The notes under the pieces were generated by a model. The model was not told the DNA's origin. It saw only the letters and a program-made list of their open reading frames with translations, and searched no databases. Positions 30,311 through 40,680 of a stretch of 64,000 nt of DNA are shown here, piece by piece; position 1 is the first letter of the stretch; every line of letters begins with the position of its first letter. The translations under genes and the position numbers were made by a program. Source of the stretch: Alphaproteobacteria bacterium (GTDB taxonomy: Bacteria > Pseudomonadota > Alphaproteobacteria > UBA828); the NCBI GenBank assembly GCA_965237415.1, contig CBDEFM010000002.1, forward strand, positions 3,360,001 through 3,424,000, written 5' to 3'.

Positions 30311-30785
30311 CAGAGTTCTGATCGAGAAGTTTATTGGAAAATTTTCATAAGTTGTGTTGGAGCGATGACTGGTGAGAAAAGCAGCGGTAGCAATCGCCTT
30401 GTCGGATGTGGATCGCCGAGAGCTGGAAGGCTTCGCCCGCCGACGGAAAACGGCCCAAGGACTGGCGCGGCGGGCGCGGATTGTACTGGCGGCGGCCGAG
30501 GGGCTTGAGAACAAGGCGATCGTGGAGCGGGTGGGCGCCGACGCGAATACGGTCGGCAGGTGGCGTCAGCGCTTTGCCGAGCGCAGGCTCGACGGCCTTT
30601 ACGATGAACCGCGCTCCGGGGCTCCGCGCCAGATCGGTGATGAGAACATCGCGGAGATCATCGGCCGCACTCTGGAAGAGACGCCACCGGGTGACACTCA
30701 TTGGAGCCTGCGCTCGATGGCCCGCGCCTCAGGCTATGCGTCTTCGATCATTCACCGGACTTGGCAGAACACTCACGGTCCGTAA
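30311..30785 (+). mobile_element. IS630-family transposase 5' fragment
   Basis: LARRARIVL, TVGRWRQRF...GL.DEPRSGAPR, THWSLRSMA; DDE domain absent. Confidence 0.85.
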
Positions 30786-31065
30786 GGGCTCCGCCGTGCG
30801 GTGATGGCGTGGACCGCAGCACCGGCCGGCGAAGCTCGACGGCCGGCGCAACGACGTGTCTGCCGAGATGACGACGCTGGTCAAGACAGGATTCGCCTGA
30901 GCATCCTGCCGCCCTCGCCGAAAATGGCGAAAGCACCGGACTGCGCCAACCATACTGGCATTAGCACACGGAACCATCGGCGCTCCTGGTGCCACCTCAG
31001 ACGGGGGTCTTCTCCTGAAGAGGTGTGTGGAAGAGCTGAGTTGATGCGTCCCGGTACGGGACAGA

Positions 31066-31362
31066 TTACGCGGCGTCGGCGGGTCGCACGCGTTCAGCGA
31101 TCTCGGTTCCACGCTCTCGTTCGACCCGAGCGATGTCGTACTGGCTCTGGAGACCGATCCAGAATGGCGCGCCGTTGCCAAAATAGAGGCCGAGACGCAC
31201 CGCCGTGTCGGCGGTGATCGACCGGCGGCCGTTCAGAATGTCGGTCACGCGGCCGGACGGAACGCCGATGTCCAGCGCCAGCCTGTTGGCGCTCAGGCCC
31301 CGCGCCTCTAGTTCGCGCTTCAGCAATCTACCGGGGTGTGAAATCGGGGTCATGGCCTTCAT
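31066..31362 (-). CDS. higA: HigA antitoxin (XRE HTH)
   Basis: HPGRLLK, LSANRLALDIGVP..RV..ILNGRRSITADTAVRL..YFG....WIGLQ.YD. Confidence 0.92.
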   Translation of the reverse strand: MKAMTPISHPGRLLKRELEARGLSANRLALDIGVPSGRVTDILNGRRSITADTAVRLGLYFGNGAPFWIGLQSQYDIARVERERGTEIAERVRPADAA

Positions 31363-31646
31363 CCCCTGTGGTAGTCGACGATCTCGACCTCGTAGGCTTC
31401 ACCCACCCGAAACTCGAAGCAAATCCGCCAAGGCCCGTTCACCGTCATCGCCCATTGACTTGCGCGCGTCCCCTTGAGCTTGTGCAACCCGACGCTCTTG
31501 AGCGGACTCAGGTCGCGGAGCGTGTCGGCGGCATTGAGCGCAAGCAGCAAGTCGATGGCGGCCGCGACGTCCAAGCCACGAAACCGGTTCGGCGTCTCAC
31601 CTTCCCAGACCCTTCGGCTGGCCGCGTTGCGCCATGAGCGGCTCAC
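31359..31646 (-). CDS. higB: HigB/RelE-type toxin
   Basis: LHKLKG.RASQWAMTVNGPWRICFEF...EVEIVDYH; toxin-first order with 4-nt overlap. Confidence 0.9.
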   Translation of the reverse strand: MSRSWRNAASRRVWEGETPNRFRGLDVAAAIDLLLALNAADTLRDLSPLKSVGLHKLKGTRASQWAMTVNGPWRICFEFRVGEAYEVEIVDYHRG

Positions 31647-31828
31647 GGCAAAAACATACTACGTCGGTCGGAGAACTACAACGTCACGCCGAGCGTGAGA
31701 GCCGATGGTCGTGATGTCCGCCGTTGGACATGTCCTCGAATCCAGAAGCCCGGCTGGTCTGCTCACGTGGCGATGTGCTGTCCCGCATGAAGCCTGGCCC
31801 CGCCGGGATGACCGGAACATAACAGGCG

Positions 31829-33025
31829 TCATGGCAGCGCGGGTCGATCGGTGCCGCTCCCGGCTTTGGAGCTCAGGAGATCGGTCCCGATGCTGGCGGC
31901 AATCAGGGCCGCAGCCTCGTGCATCGAGTCGCGCGCCAGATGGGCGTACCTGGCCGTTGTCTCCACCTGAGAATGACCGAGAAGCCGGCCGATGACGGGC
32001 AGGCTCTCGCCGAGCGCCAGTGCCCGGGAAGCCCAGCTGTGTCTGAGGTCGTGAAGCCGCACGTCCTCAAGCCCGGCTCGTTTCCTGACGCGATACCATT
32101 GGGTGCTGATGTTGGACAGGCGCCCGCCCGGCCTTTGACCCAGGGATTGCCCGGAACGCGGGGAACGGCCGCGAGCACCTCCCCTGACCGTCGGCGTCAA
32201 CGGCACCGACCGCGGGCCCGTCTTGCCATCGCGGATGCGGAGCTCACCCGCCGTCCGGTCCACATCGTCCCACCGCAGGGACAGTACCTCGTTCAGCCGG
32301 CAGCCGGTGAGCATCAACAGGCGGATGGCCGCCACCGCGTACACCGATGCGCCGCCCTCGGCCTCGGCCTGGTCCAGCACCTCGCCGAGACGGCGGGTCT
32401 CGTCCGGTGAGAGGAAACGCTCGCGTTTCCTCTCCTTGTAACGGCGCACGGTGCGGCGGGGGTTGGAGCCGGCCGACCGCAGCTCCCAAGCCTCGGCCAG
32501 AGAGAGCATCTTGCTCAGAATGTCGATCACTCGGTTGGCCGTGACGGGCTTGCTTCGAAGCGCGTAGTGAAGGGGCGAGACATGGGCGGGTTCAACCGCG
32601 CGGACGGGCATGGCACCCAGGGCGGGAAGAATGTGTTTGTCGAGGGCGAGGCTGTAGAATCCGGCAGTGGCCGGCTTGCAGTTGACCTCCACATGGGCGC
32701 GCATGAATCTCTCGGCGAGGTCGGCCACGGTAGGTTCGGGTTGGGCCGGCGCGGGCACCGGGTCCTCGCCGCGCTTGATGCGATCGATGATGGCGGCGGC
32801 CTGCTTGCGGGCCTCATCGGCCGTGATCGTTCCATGCTGCCCGATGGTGACGCGCTGCGACCCATTGGGCCCCCGGCATTGGACGACATAGGACTTCCGT
32901 CCGGAGGGGTAGACTCGGACACCGACGCCGGGAAGGTCACGGTCCCAGTAGAGAGCATCGCTTCCGTCGGCGGGAAGGGCGTGGACGGCGCGCTTGGCGA
33001 TGGTACGGTGGTGTGGTCGCGGCAT
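31829..33025 (-). CDS. tyrosine integrase with N-terminal Arm DNA-binding domain
   Basis: WDRDLPGVGVRVYPSGRKSY, TGCR, GKTG, HDLRHS, LLGH, RY; short internal compensated frameshift near 32135-32185. Confidence 0.88.
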   Translation of the reverse strand: MPRPHHRTIAKRAVHALPADGSDALYWDRDLPGVGVRVYPSGRKSYVVQCRGPNGSQRVTIGQHGTITADEARKQAAAIIDRIKRGEDPVPAPAQPEPTVADLAERFMRAHVEVNCKPATAGFYSLALDKHILPALGAMPVRAVEPAHVSPLHYALRSKPVTANRVIDILSKMLSLAEAWELRSAGSNPRRTVRRYKERKRERFLSPDETRRLGEVLDQAEAEGGASVYAVAAIRLLMLTGCRLNEVLSLRWDDVDRTAGELRIRDGKTGPRSVPLTPTVRGGARGRSPRSGQSLGQRPGGRLSNISTQWYRVRKRAGLEDVRLHDLRHSWASRALALGESLPVIGRLLGHSQVETTARYAHLARDSMHEAAALIAASIGTDLLSSKAGSGTDRPALP

Positions 33026-33351
33026 GGTGTGCCCCGATGTGTCGCATGTGTCTTCCCGCTTCCGGCGGCGAGTAAACGAACCGCAAGCGGGTGATATCCA
33101 GCGTGCGGGTATTGGAGCGTAGGATTGTGACGAGCGCACGGGAAAATTGGGCCGGGGCGGAAGCGAAAGATGCGACAAAACAGTTAGTTATCGTATCTAC
33201 GCGTGCTGCAGCGTGCTCGTGACACAGAGGGATATCGCGGAATCACATTTATATCCCTCAGGCGCCGGGCGCTCGCCTCGCGGTCGCCGCAGGCGGCGTC
33301 TATAGTAGCCACGCGGCTGCAATGACCGGCGGGAGGACGCGAACCACTGCG

Positions 33352-34242
33352 ATGAGCGCCCAGTTCTACGTCGTACTCGAAGACCGCGGGGTCGTTTCCG
33401 TCGACGGCCCCGAGGCCGGGCCCTTCCTCCAGGGGCTGATCTCCAACGATATCGAGCGCGTAACCGACGCGCGCGGCATCTACGCAGCGCTGCTCACGCC
33501 GCAAGGCAAGTATCTGCACGATTTCTTCGTGCTGCGCAGGGGCGAAGGCTACCTGCTCGACTGCGAAGGGCCGCGCACCGGCGATCTCGGACGCCGGCTG
33601 TTGGCTTACCGGCTGCGCGCCGATGTCGCACTTGCCGACGCCACCGAGGATTTCCGGGTGATCGCGCTCTTCGGCCAAGGGGGCGGCGACGCCGCGTTCG
33701 ACCTGCCGTCCGGCGAAGGCAGCGCGGCACTCTTGGAGGGCGGCTGGGTCATGCGCGACCCCAGGGGCGTGGCGCTGGGGCTCCGCGCGGTCTTGCCCGG
33801 CGACGCAGACCTCGCGTTCTTGGAGCAAGCGGGCTTCGCCCGCGGCAGCCCCGCCGACTACGAGCGCCACCGCATCGCCCACGGCGCGCCCGACGGCAGC
33901 CGCGACATGGAGGTCGGCAGGGCGACACTGATGGAGTGCGGCTTCGAGGCGCTCAACGGCGTCGATTTCGAAAAGGGCTGCTATGTCGGCCAGGAGCTCA
34001 CGGCGCGGACCAAGCACCGGGGCCTCGTGCGCCGGCGCTTGGCAGTCGTAACGCTCGACGGGCCGCTGCCGCCAGCCGGCACGCCGATCGTGGCGGGCGA
34101 GCGTGAAGTGGGCGAGATCCGCTCCGGCCAGGGCGGGGCCGCGCTAGCGGTGCTTCGCCTGGAGAGGATCGCCGCCGCCGCCGAGGCGGGGACACCGCTC
34201 ACCGCAGGCGAAACGCGGGTTATTCCTCCCGACTCTCCCTGA
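33352..34242 (+). CDS. ygfZ: folate-binding Fe-S assembly protein YgfZ
   Basis: FLQGLISND, LLTPQGK, KGCYVGQE signature. Confidence 0.95.
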   Translation: MSAQFYVVLEDRGVVSVDGPEAGPFLQGLISNDIERVTDARGIYAALLTPQGKYLHDFFVLRRGEGYLLDCEGPRTGDLGRRLLAYRLRADVALADATEDFRVIALFGQGGGDAAFDLPSGEGSAALLEGGWVMRDPRGVALGLRAVLPGDADLAFLEQAGFARGSPADYERHRIAHGAPDGSRDMEVGRATLMECGFEALNGVDFEKGCYVGQELTARTKHRGLVRRRLAVVTLDGPLPPAGTPIVAGEREVGEIRSGQGGAALAVLRLERIAAAAEAGTPLTAGETRVIPPDSP

Positions 34243-36913
34243 GCGGCCCTGCGCCCTTCGCGTGCGCGATGGCGGCCTGCGCTGCCGCGAGACGCGCAAC
34301 CGGCACGCGATAGGGGGAGCAAGAGACGTAATCGAGGCCGACCTCCTCAAAGAAATCGATCGACGCCGGGTCGCCGCCATGCTCGCCGCAGATGCCGAGC
34401 TTGAGGTCGGCGCGGGTGCGACGGCCGCGCTCCACGGCAATCTGCACGAGCTCGCCCACACCCTCGCGGTCGAGGCTCGCGAAGGGGTCGCACGCCAGAA
34501 TTCCGGCCCGCTCGTAGTCGCCGATGAAGCTCGCCGCATCGTCGCGCGAGATACCGAAGGCGGTCTGCGTCAGGTCGTTGGTGCCGAAGCTGAAGAACGC
34601 CGCGCTCTCGGCAATCTCGCCGGCGCGGAGCGCCGCACGCGGCAGCTCGATCATGGTGCCGATCGAATAGGCGATCTCAGCGCCGGTCTCCCCCTCCACC
34701 GCGCCGTGGATGCGTTCGATCGCGCCCTTGAGAATGTCGAGCTCGCGCTTGGTCGCCACCAGCGGAATCATGATTTCGAGCTCGACCGGCCGCTCGCCCC
34801 GGGCCTCGGCCGCCGCCTCGAAGATGGCACGCGCCTGCATCTCGTAGATTTCGGGATAGGAGATCCCGAGGCGGCAGCCGCGATGCCCCAGCATCGGGTT
34901 GATCTCGTGCAGCTGCGCGATGCGCCCGCGCAGGGCCTCCACCGCGACCCCGGCGGCGGCGGCAACGTCTGCGATCTCGGCGTCGGAGCGCGGCAGGAAC
35001 TCGTGCAGCGGGGGGTCGAGCAGGCGGATCGTCACCGGGAGCCCCGCCATGATGCGGAACAGCGCGGCGAAGTCGGCGCGCTGGGTCGGCAGCAGCTTTG
35101 CGAGCGCGGCGCGGCGGCCATCCCCGTCGGCGGCCACGATCATCTCGCGCACCGCGACGATGCGCTCGCCGTCGAAGAACATATGTTCGGTGCGACAAAG
35201 GCCGATCCCTTCGGCACCGAAGCGGAGCGCCGTCTCGGCATCGCCCGGCGTCTCGGCGTTGGTGCGGACGCCCAAGCGCCGCGCATCGTCCGCCCAGCCC
35301 ATGAGCGTCGTGAAATCGTCGGAGAGCGCGGGCTCGATCGTCGGCACCTCGCCCTCCAACAGCTCGCCGCTCGCGCCGTCGATGGTGACGACATCGCCCG
35401 CCGCGATCACCGTGTCGCCCGCCCGGCACAGCCGTGCCGCCTCGTCGATGCGAAGCTCTCCGACGCCGGTGATACACGGGCGTCCCATGCCGCGGGCCAC
35501 GACGGCGGCGTGGCTGGTCATGCCGCCCCGGCTGGTGACGATGCCCCGGGCAGCGTGCATGCCGTGGATGTCCTCAGGGCTGGTCTCGGTGCGCAGCAGG
35601 ATCACGGCCTCGCCGCGATTGGCGCGGTCCTCCGCCTCGTCGGCGTCGAAGACGACCTTGCCGCAGGCCGCACCCGGCGATGCCGGCAGGCCGCGCGCCA
35701 TCACCCGGCGGGGCGCTTCCGGGTCGAGGGTGGGGTGAAGCAGCTGCTCGAGCGCCAGCGGGTCCACCCGCGTGAGCGCCTCCGCCTCGTCCACCAGTCC
35801 CTCGCGCGCCATGTCGACGGCTATCTTGAGGGCCGCCTTGGCGGTGCGCTTGCCGGACCGCGTCTGGAGGATCCAGAGCGTGCCCCGCTGCACCGTGAAC
35901 TCGACGTCCTGCATGTCGCGGTAGTGGCGTTCGAGCCGCCCCATGACCGTCTGCAGGGCGGCGAAGGCCTCAGGCATCGCCCGCTCCATCGAGGGCCCTT
36001 CTGTGCCGCTTACCTCGCGTCCTGCCTCGCTCACCGCGCGCGGCGTGCGGATGCCGGCGACCACGTCCTCTCCTTGCGCGTTGATGAGATACTCGCCATA
36101 GAGCGCGGCTTCACCGGTCGACGGGTTCCGCGTAAACGCGACGCCGGTGGCGCAGTCCTCCCCCATGTTGCCGAACACCATGGCCTGCACCGTAACCGCC
36201 GTGCCCCAGTCGGCGGGAATGCCGTGCAGCCTGCGGTAGGTGACGGCGCGGGCGTTCATCCATGAATCGAGGACCGCGCGGATCGCGCCCCGCAGCTGCA
36301 CCCGCGCGTCTTGCGGGAAGTCGCTGCCGGTTTCGTCCCGCACCAGCGCCTTGTAAGCCTCGATCAGGCGGAACCAGTCGCCTGCCACCATCTCGGTATC
36401 GAGGCGGTAGCCCCGCGCCTCCTTCTCCTGCTCCAGCAGCTCCTCGAAGGCGCGGTGCTCGACGCCGAGCACGACATCGCCGTACATTTGGATGAGGCGG
36501 CGGTAGCTGTCGTAGGCGAAGCGGGCGTCGCCGCTCACCCGCGCGAGCCCATCCGCCGTCTCGTCGTTGAGGCCGAGATTGAGGACGGTGTCCATCATGC
36601 CGGGCATCGACGCGCGGGCGCCTGAGCGCACGGAGACGAGCAGCGTGTGATCCGGGTCGCCGAAGCCCGCGCTTGCGATCCCCTCGATATGGGCGAGGCC
36701 TGCCTCGATCTCCGCATCGAGGCCATCGGGCAGGGTGCGGCCTGCGTCGTAGTAGCTGTTGCAGAGCGCCGTCGTGATGGTGAAGCCGGGCGGGACAGGC
36801 AAGCCGATGGCGGCCATCTCGGCCAAGTTGGCACCCTTGCCGCCGAGCAGCGCGCGCATCCCGGCATTGCCGTCCGCCGCACCCCCGCCGAAGCGATAGA
36901 CCCAGCCGCCCAC
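34220..36913 (-). CDS. ppdK: pyruvate, phosphate dikinase
   Basis: LLGGKGANLAEM, SVRSGA..SMPGMM, GGMTSHAAVVAR (phospho-His), GICGEHGG. Confidence 0.98.
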   Translation of the reverse strand: MGGWVYRFGGGAADGNAGMRALLGGKGANLAEMAAIGLPVPPGFTITTALCNSYYDAGRTLPDGLDAEIEAGLAHIEGIASAGFGDPDHTLLVSVRSGARASMPGMMDTVLNLGLNDETADGLARVSGDARFAYDSYRRLIQMYGDVVLGVEHRAFEELLEQEKEARGYRLDTEMVAGDWFRLIEAYKALVRDETGSDFPQDARVQLRGAIRAVLDSWMNARAVTYRRLHGIPADWGTAVTVQAMVFGNMGEDCATGVAFTRNPSTGEAALYGEYLINAQGEDVVAGIRTPRAVSEAGREVSGTEGPSMERAMPEAFAALQTVMGRLERHYRDMQDVEFTVQRGTLWILQTRSGKRTAKAALKIAVDMAREGLVDEAEALTRVDPLALEQLLHPTLDPEAPRRVMARGLPASPGAACGKVVFDADEAEDRANRGEAVILLRTETSPEDIHGMHAARGIVTSRGGMTSHAAVVARGMGRPCITGVGELRIDEAARLCRAGDTVIAAGDVVTIDGASGELLEGEVPTIEPALSDDFTTLMGWADDARRLGVRTNAETPGDAETALRFGAEGIGLCRTEHMFFDGERIVAVREMIVAADGDGRRAALAKLLPTQRADFAALFRIMAGLPVTIRLLDPPLHEFLPRSDAEIADVAAAAGVAVEALRGRIAQLHEINPMLGHRGCRLGISYPEIYEMQARAIFEAAAEARGERPVELEIMIPLVATKRELDILKGAIERIHGAVEGETGAEIAYSIGTMIELPRAALRAGEIAESAAFFSFGTNDLTQTAFGISRDDAASFIGDYERAGILACDPFASLDREGVGELVQIAVERGRRTRADLKLGICGEHGGDPASIDFFEEVGLDYVSCSPYRVPVARLAAAQAAIAHAKGAGPLRESREE

Positions 36914-36962
36914 GGCCTAGTGTCCTGCCCCGAACGTACCTATCGGCAGAGCTACCCTTCTA

Positions 36963-37071
36963 TCGTCATGGCCGGGCTTGTCCCGGCCATCCACGGGGAC
37001 GCACGGCCTCGCCCGGCGCGACGAGATGCCCGGATACCCGGAACGAGTCCGGGCATGTCCGGGCATGACGA
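36963..37071. repeat. intergenic REP/REPIN-like palindromic element
   Basis: GTCATGGCCGGGCTTGTCCCGGCCATC...CCGGAACGAGTCCGGGCATG(TCCGGGCATG)AC; related to 39272-39366. Confidence 0.85.
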
Positions 37072-37111
37072 GAAGGGGGATGCTGGAAGCAGTCTGTTTC
37101 CGGGCCACGGC

Positions 37112-39187
37112 TCAGCCCTCGATCTTCGAGAAGTCGGCGACGAGATCCAGCGTGAGACGGATACGCGACAGCATCAGCAACCTGTTGCGGCGGAGCGGGG
37201 GCTCCTCGCAATTTACTGTGACGCCATCAAAAAACGCGTCGACCGGGGCGCGCAACATTGCCATGGCCGCCATCGCCTCCTCGAACACTTCGCGCCTGAG
37301 CGCGTTGTCCGAGCGGACGATAGCCTTGTTGATACACTTGTAGAGGACGTGTTCCTCCGCTTCGACGAAGAGTGATCGGTCCTCCGCCCCGTGATAGCGC
37401 TCGCCGTCTTTTTTCTCCTCGATACGGAGGATGTTGGCTGCGCGGCGGTAGGCGGTGAGCAGGCTGGCACCATCCTCAGTGTCGAGAAAGTGCTCCAACG
37501 CGTTGACTCGCGCTAGTAGACGTACCAGGTCGTCCTCGTCACCCGTACCGAAGACTGCGCTCACCAGATCGTGGCGCTTACCCTGATCGCGCAGATGCAC
37601 TCTGAGCCGATCGGCGATGAAGGCGAGCAACGCAGGCCACTTATCCGCAATATTTGGCGCCTCCGGCAACATCACGCTGTAGCCAGCGAACGCGTCGTTC
37701 AGCACATGCTTGAGGGGCAGCCGCAGCCGGTTCTCGACGATGAGGCGGATCACGCCCAGAGCGGCGCGGCGCAGCGCGAAAGGGTCCTTGGAGCCGGTCG
37801 GCCGCTCGTCGATGGCGAAAAACCCGGCCAGCGTATCGAGCTTGTCGGCGAGCGCCACCGCGACGCTCTCCGGCGCCGTCGGACACGATTCGCCCGGGCC
37901 TCGCGGCGCGTAGTGTTCGGCGATGGCCTCGTAGACTGCCTGCACTTCACCGTTCTTCCACGCATAGTAGCGGCCCATGATGCCCTGGAGATCGGGGAAC
38001 TCGCCCACCATCTCGGTCACGAGATCGGCCTTGCAGAGAATGCCGGCGCGTGTTGCCTGGTTTGGATCGGCACCCGCGACCCTCGAACAGAGCGAGCGTG
38101 CGAGTGCCGCGATGCGCTGCGCCTTCTCGGCCATGGAGCCGAGGCGCGCGTGGAAGACGACGCCTTCCAGCGCTGGCAAGTATTCTTCCAGTTTCTTGCG
38201 CTGATCCTGGTCCCAGAAGAAGCGCGCATCGGCGAGGCGAGCGCGAAGCACCCGCTCGTTGCCGGCGATGACGGCGGCAGAATCGTTCTCGGTCTCGATA
38301 TTGGCGACCATGACGAAGCGGGGCGCTGGCCGTCCATCCTTATCGAGTAGCCGGAAATAGCGCTGGTGGGTGCGCATGGCCGAGCGCAGCACCTCGGGCG
38401 GCAGGTCCATGAAGCGCGCGTCGATGCTGCCCATCAGCACCACCGGCCATTCCACGAGGCCGGCGTTCTCTCTCACCAGTTGATGGTCATGAGGAAACTC
38501 AAGTGTCTCACTTTGTGCCCGCGCGTTGGCCGTGTCCGCAATCTCGTTCGCCCGGGCCGGCCAATCCAGCATGACCTTGGCGTCTTCGAGCGTCGCCGCG
38601 TAGCTGGCCGCTTCGTCTATCGTAAGCGGCCCTAAGGAAAGGAAGCGGTGGCCTAGCGTTGTTCGCCCGCTCTCGACCGAGCCGAAGCGGAAGGGCACCA
38701 CGTCGCTATCCAGAAGGCAGAGGATGGAGCGGATGGGGCGCACCCAGCGCGTACCACTCTCCTCCCAGCGCATGGACTTGGGCCAGGAGACTGCGGCCAG
38801 CGCCTCCGGCAGCAGGTCAGCGAGGAGATCGCCGGTGGGGCGTCCCTTCTCTTGGGTGACCGCGAACCAGACCGGCCCCTTGGGCGTCTCCCGCTGCTCG
38901 CAGTCTTCCAATGTGAGGCCGGTGGACTTGAGGAAGCCCTGGATGGCCTTCTCCGGAGCGTCCACGCGCGGCCCCTTGCGCTCGACCGTGATGTCGGGCT
39001 GTACCGCCGGCACGCCGCGCACGAGCAAGGCAAGGCGGCGTGGCGTGGCGAAGGTCTCCGGCTTCTCGAACGTGAGCCGCGCCGCTTCGAGCCGGGAGCA
39101 GACCTGCTTCTCAAGCTCCCTCGCCCCGCGCGCCTGCATGCGCGCCGGGATTTCCTCGGAGAGCACCTCCAACAGCAGGTCAGGCAT
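37112..39187 (-). CDS. glyS: glycine--tRNA ligase beta subunit
   Basis: LLLEVLSEEIPA, ATPRRLA, WPKSMRW, KADLVT.MV.EFP.LQG.MG, GSKDPFALRR. Confidence 0.97.
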   Translation of the reverse strand: MPDLLLEVLSEEIPARMQARGARELEKQVCSRLEAARLTFEKPETFATPRRLALLVRGVPAVQPDITVERKGPRVDAPEKAIQGFLKSTGLTLEDCEQRETPKGPVWFAVTQEKGRPTGDLLADLLPEALAAVSWPKSMRWEESGTRWVRPIRSILCLLDSDVVPFRFGSVESGRTTLGHRFLSLGPLTIDEAASYAATLEDAKVMLDWPARANEIADTANARAQSETLEFPHDHQLVRENAGLVEWPVVLMGSIDARFMDLPPEVLRSAMRTHQRYFRLLDKDGRPAPRFVMVANIETENDSAAVIAGNERVLRARLADARFFWDQDQRKKLEEYLPALEGVVFHARLGSMAEKAQRIAALARSLCSRVAGADPNQATRAGILCKADLVTEMVGEFPDLQGIMGRYYAWKNGEVQAVYEAIAEHYAPRGPGESCPTAPESVAVALADKLDTLAGFFAIDERPTGSKDPFALRRAALGVIRLIVENRLRLPLKHVLNDAFAGYSVMLPEAPNIADKWPALLAFIADRLRVHLRDQGKRHDLVSAVFGTGDEDDLVRLLARVNALEHFLDTEDGASLLTAYRRAANILRIEEKKDGERYHGAEDRSLFVEAEEHVLYKCINKAIVRSDNALRREVFEEAMAAMAMLRAPVDAFFDGVTVNCEEPPLRRNRLLMLSRIRLTLDLVADFSKIEG

Positions 39188-39271
39188 GGCTCATGCTCGC
39201 AGGTGTGCTGTTACTGAAGTACGCAAAATTCCTGTTAGGGCGTGCGACCTCTCCGGCCCTGCCACTCTCGT

Positions 39272-39366
39272 CGTCATGCCCGGACTTGTTCCGGGCATCT
39301 CCCTCAACCTCGTCGGTCGGACGTTGGGCACACACGTGGATGGCCGGAACGAGTCCGGCCATGACG
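39272..39366. repeat. intergenic REP/REPIN-like palindromic element, second copy (inverted)
   Basis: CGTCATGCCCGGACTTGTTCCGGGCATC...GATGGCCGGAACGAGTCCGGCCATGACG. Confidence 0.85.
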
Positions 39367-39412
39367 TGGTCGGGACACCGTGCAGGCGCATGAGAATTTC
39401 TCGAACAGGACA

Positions 39413-40285
39413 CTAGGCGGCCCCCGCCAGCCAGGCCTCGCAGCAGGCCTTGGCCAGTGCACGCACGCGCCCGATATAGGCCGCGCGCTCGACCACGCTG
39501 ATCGCGCCGCGCGCATCCAGCAGGTTGAAGAGGTGACTGGCCTTCATGCACTGGTCGTAGGCCGGCAAGGCCAGCGGCGGGTCTGTCGCGAGCAGGGCGG
39601 TGCACTCGGCCTCCGCATCGTCGAAGTGGCTTCGCAGGCGCTCGACATCGGCATGCTCGAAATTGAAGGCCGAGAATTCGCGCTCGGCCCGCAGGAACAC
39701 GTCGCCGTAGCGGGTGCCATGCCCGTCCCAGTCGAGGTCGTACACGTTGTCGACGCCCTGGACGTACATGGCGAGGCGTTCCATGCCGTAGGTAAGCTCG
39801 ACCGGCACCGGGTCGCAGTCGATGCCCCCCACCTGCTGGAAGTAGGTGAACTGGGTCACCTCCATCCCGTCGCACCAGACCTCCCAGCCGAGACCCCAGG
39901 CGCCGAGCGTGGGGCTCTCCCAGTCGTCCTCGACGAAGCGGATGTCGTGGGCGTGAACGTCGATTCCAAGCATCTCCAGGCTGCCCAAATACTGGTCCTG
40001 TACGTCCTCGGGCGCGGGCTTCAGGATCACCTGGAACTGGTAGTAGTGCTGGAGCCTGTTGGGGTTCTCGCCGTAGCGCCCGTCGCCGGGCCGGCGGGAG
40101 GGCTGCACGTAGGCCGCACGCCAGGGATCGGGCCCCAAGCTGCGCAGCGTCGTCGCGGGATGGAAGGTGCCGGCGCCGACCTCCATGTCGTAGGGCTGCA
40201 GGATGACGCAGCCGCGCTCCGCCCAATAGGCCTGCAGGCCAAGGATGAGCGACTGGAACGACCGGTCGCGTCGAGTGGCGTCCAT
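39413..40285 (-). CDS. glyQ: glycine--tRNA ligase alpha subunit
   Basis: [48 protein letters not shown]. Confidence 0.98.
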   Translation of the reverse strand: MDATRRDRSFQSLILGLQAYWAERGCVILQPYDMEVGAGTFHPATTLRSLGPDPWRAAYVQPSRRPGDGRYGENPNRLQHYYQFQVILKPAPEDVQDQYLGSLEMLGIDVHAHDIRFVEDDWESPTLGAWGLGWEVWCDGMEVTQFTYFQQVGGIDCDPVPVELTYGMERLAMYVQGVDNVYDLDWDGHGTRYGDVFLRAEREFSAFNFEHADVERLRSHFDDAEAECTALLATDPPLALPAYDQCMKASHLFNLLDARGAISVVERAAYIGRVRALAKACCEAWLAGAA

Positions 40286-40387
40286 CGAAGGTCAGCGGGT
40301 CGGATGAATGGGCGGGCGGACAATGCCCCCCGCCAAGGCAGCGGTCAACCGCGCGAACTCCCCGCGGTTGCCGCGGAAGCGCGTGCG

Positions 40388-40540
40388 TTAGCGGTTGTTA
40401 TCGTCGATGTTCTGGTGCTCCTCGTGCTCGAGCGGCTCGGGGGCCCTGGCCTTGGCGCGCACCCGGCCGATCGCCTTGAAGCCGAACCAGACGGCCCCAA
40501 TCACCACCACGAGGATAAGCAGCTTCATCGGGCTGAACAT
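40388..40540 (-). CDS. small single-TM protein (50 aa, not in ORF track)
   Basis: MFSPMKLLILVVVIGAVWFGFKAIGR...; GGGAG RBS. Confidence 0.6.
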   Translation of the reverse strand: MFSPMKLLILVVVIGAVWFGFKAIGRVRAKARAPEPLEHEEHQNIDDNNR

Positions 40541-40680
40541 GTCTCACGCTCCCATCGCACAACGAACCACGCGGCGCCAGACGCAGGCGCGCCGTTCCTA
40601 TTGCCGGTGACTCTGAAGCCCCCGAGCGGGCAGGTCAAGCATTGTCTCGGGGTGCTCGACCGACGGGATTGACGCTGCAC

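Noticed and set aside
36963-39366. Intergenic palindromic repeats flanking glyS as a novel element
   Set aside because: They resemble the common alphaproteobacterial GTCATGGCCGGGCTTGTCCCGGCCATC-type REP repeats; listed as features only
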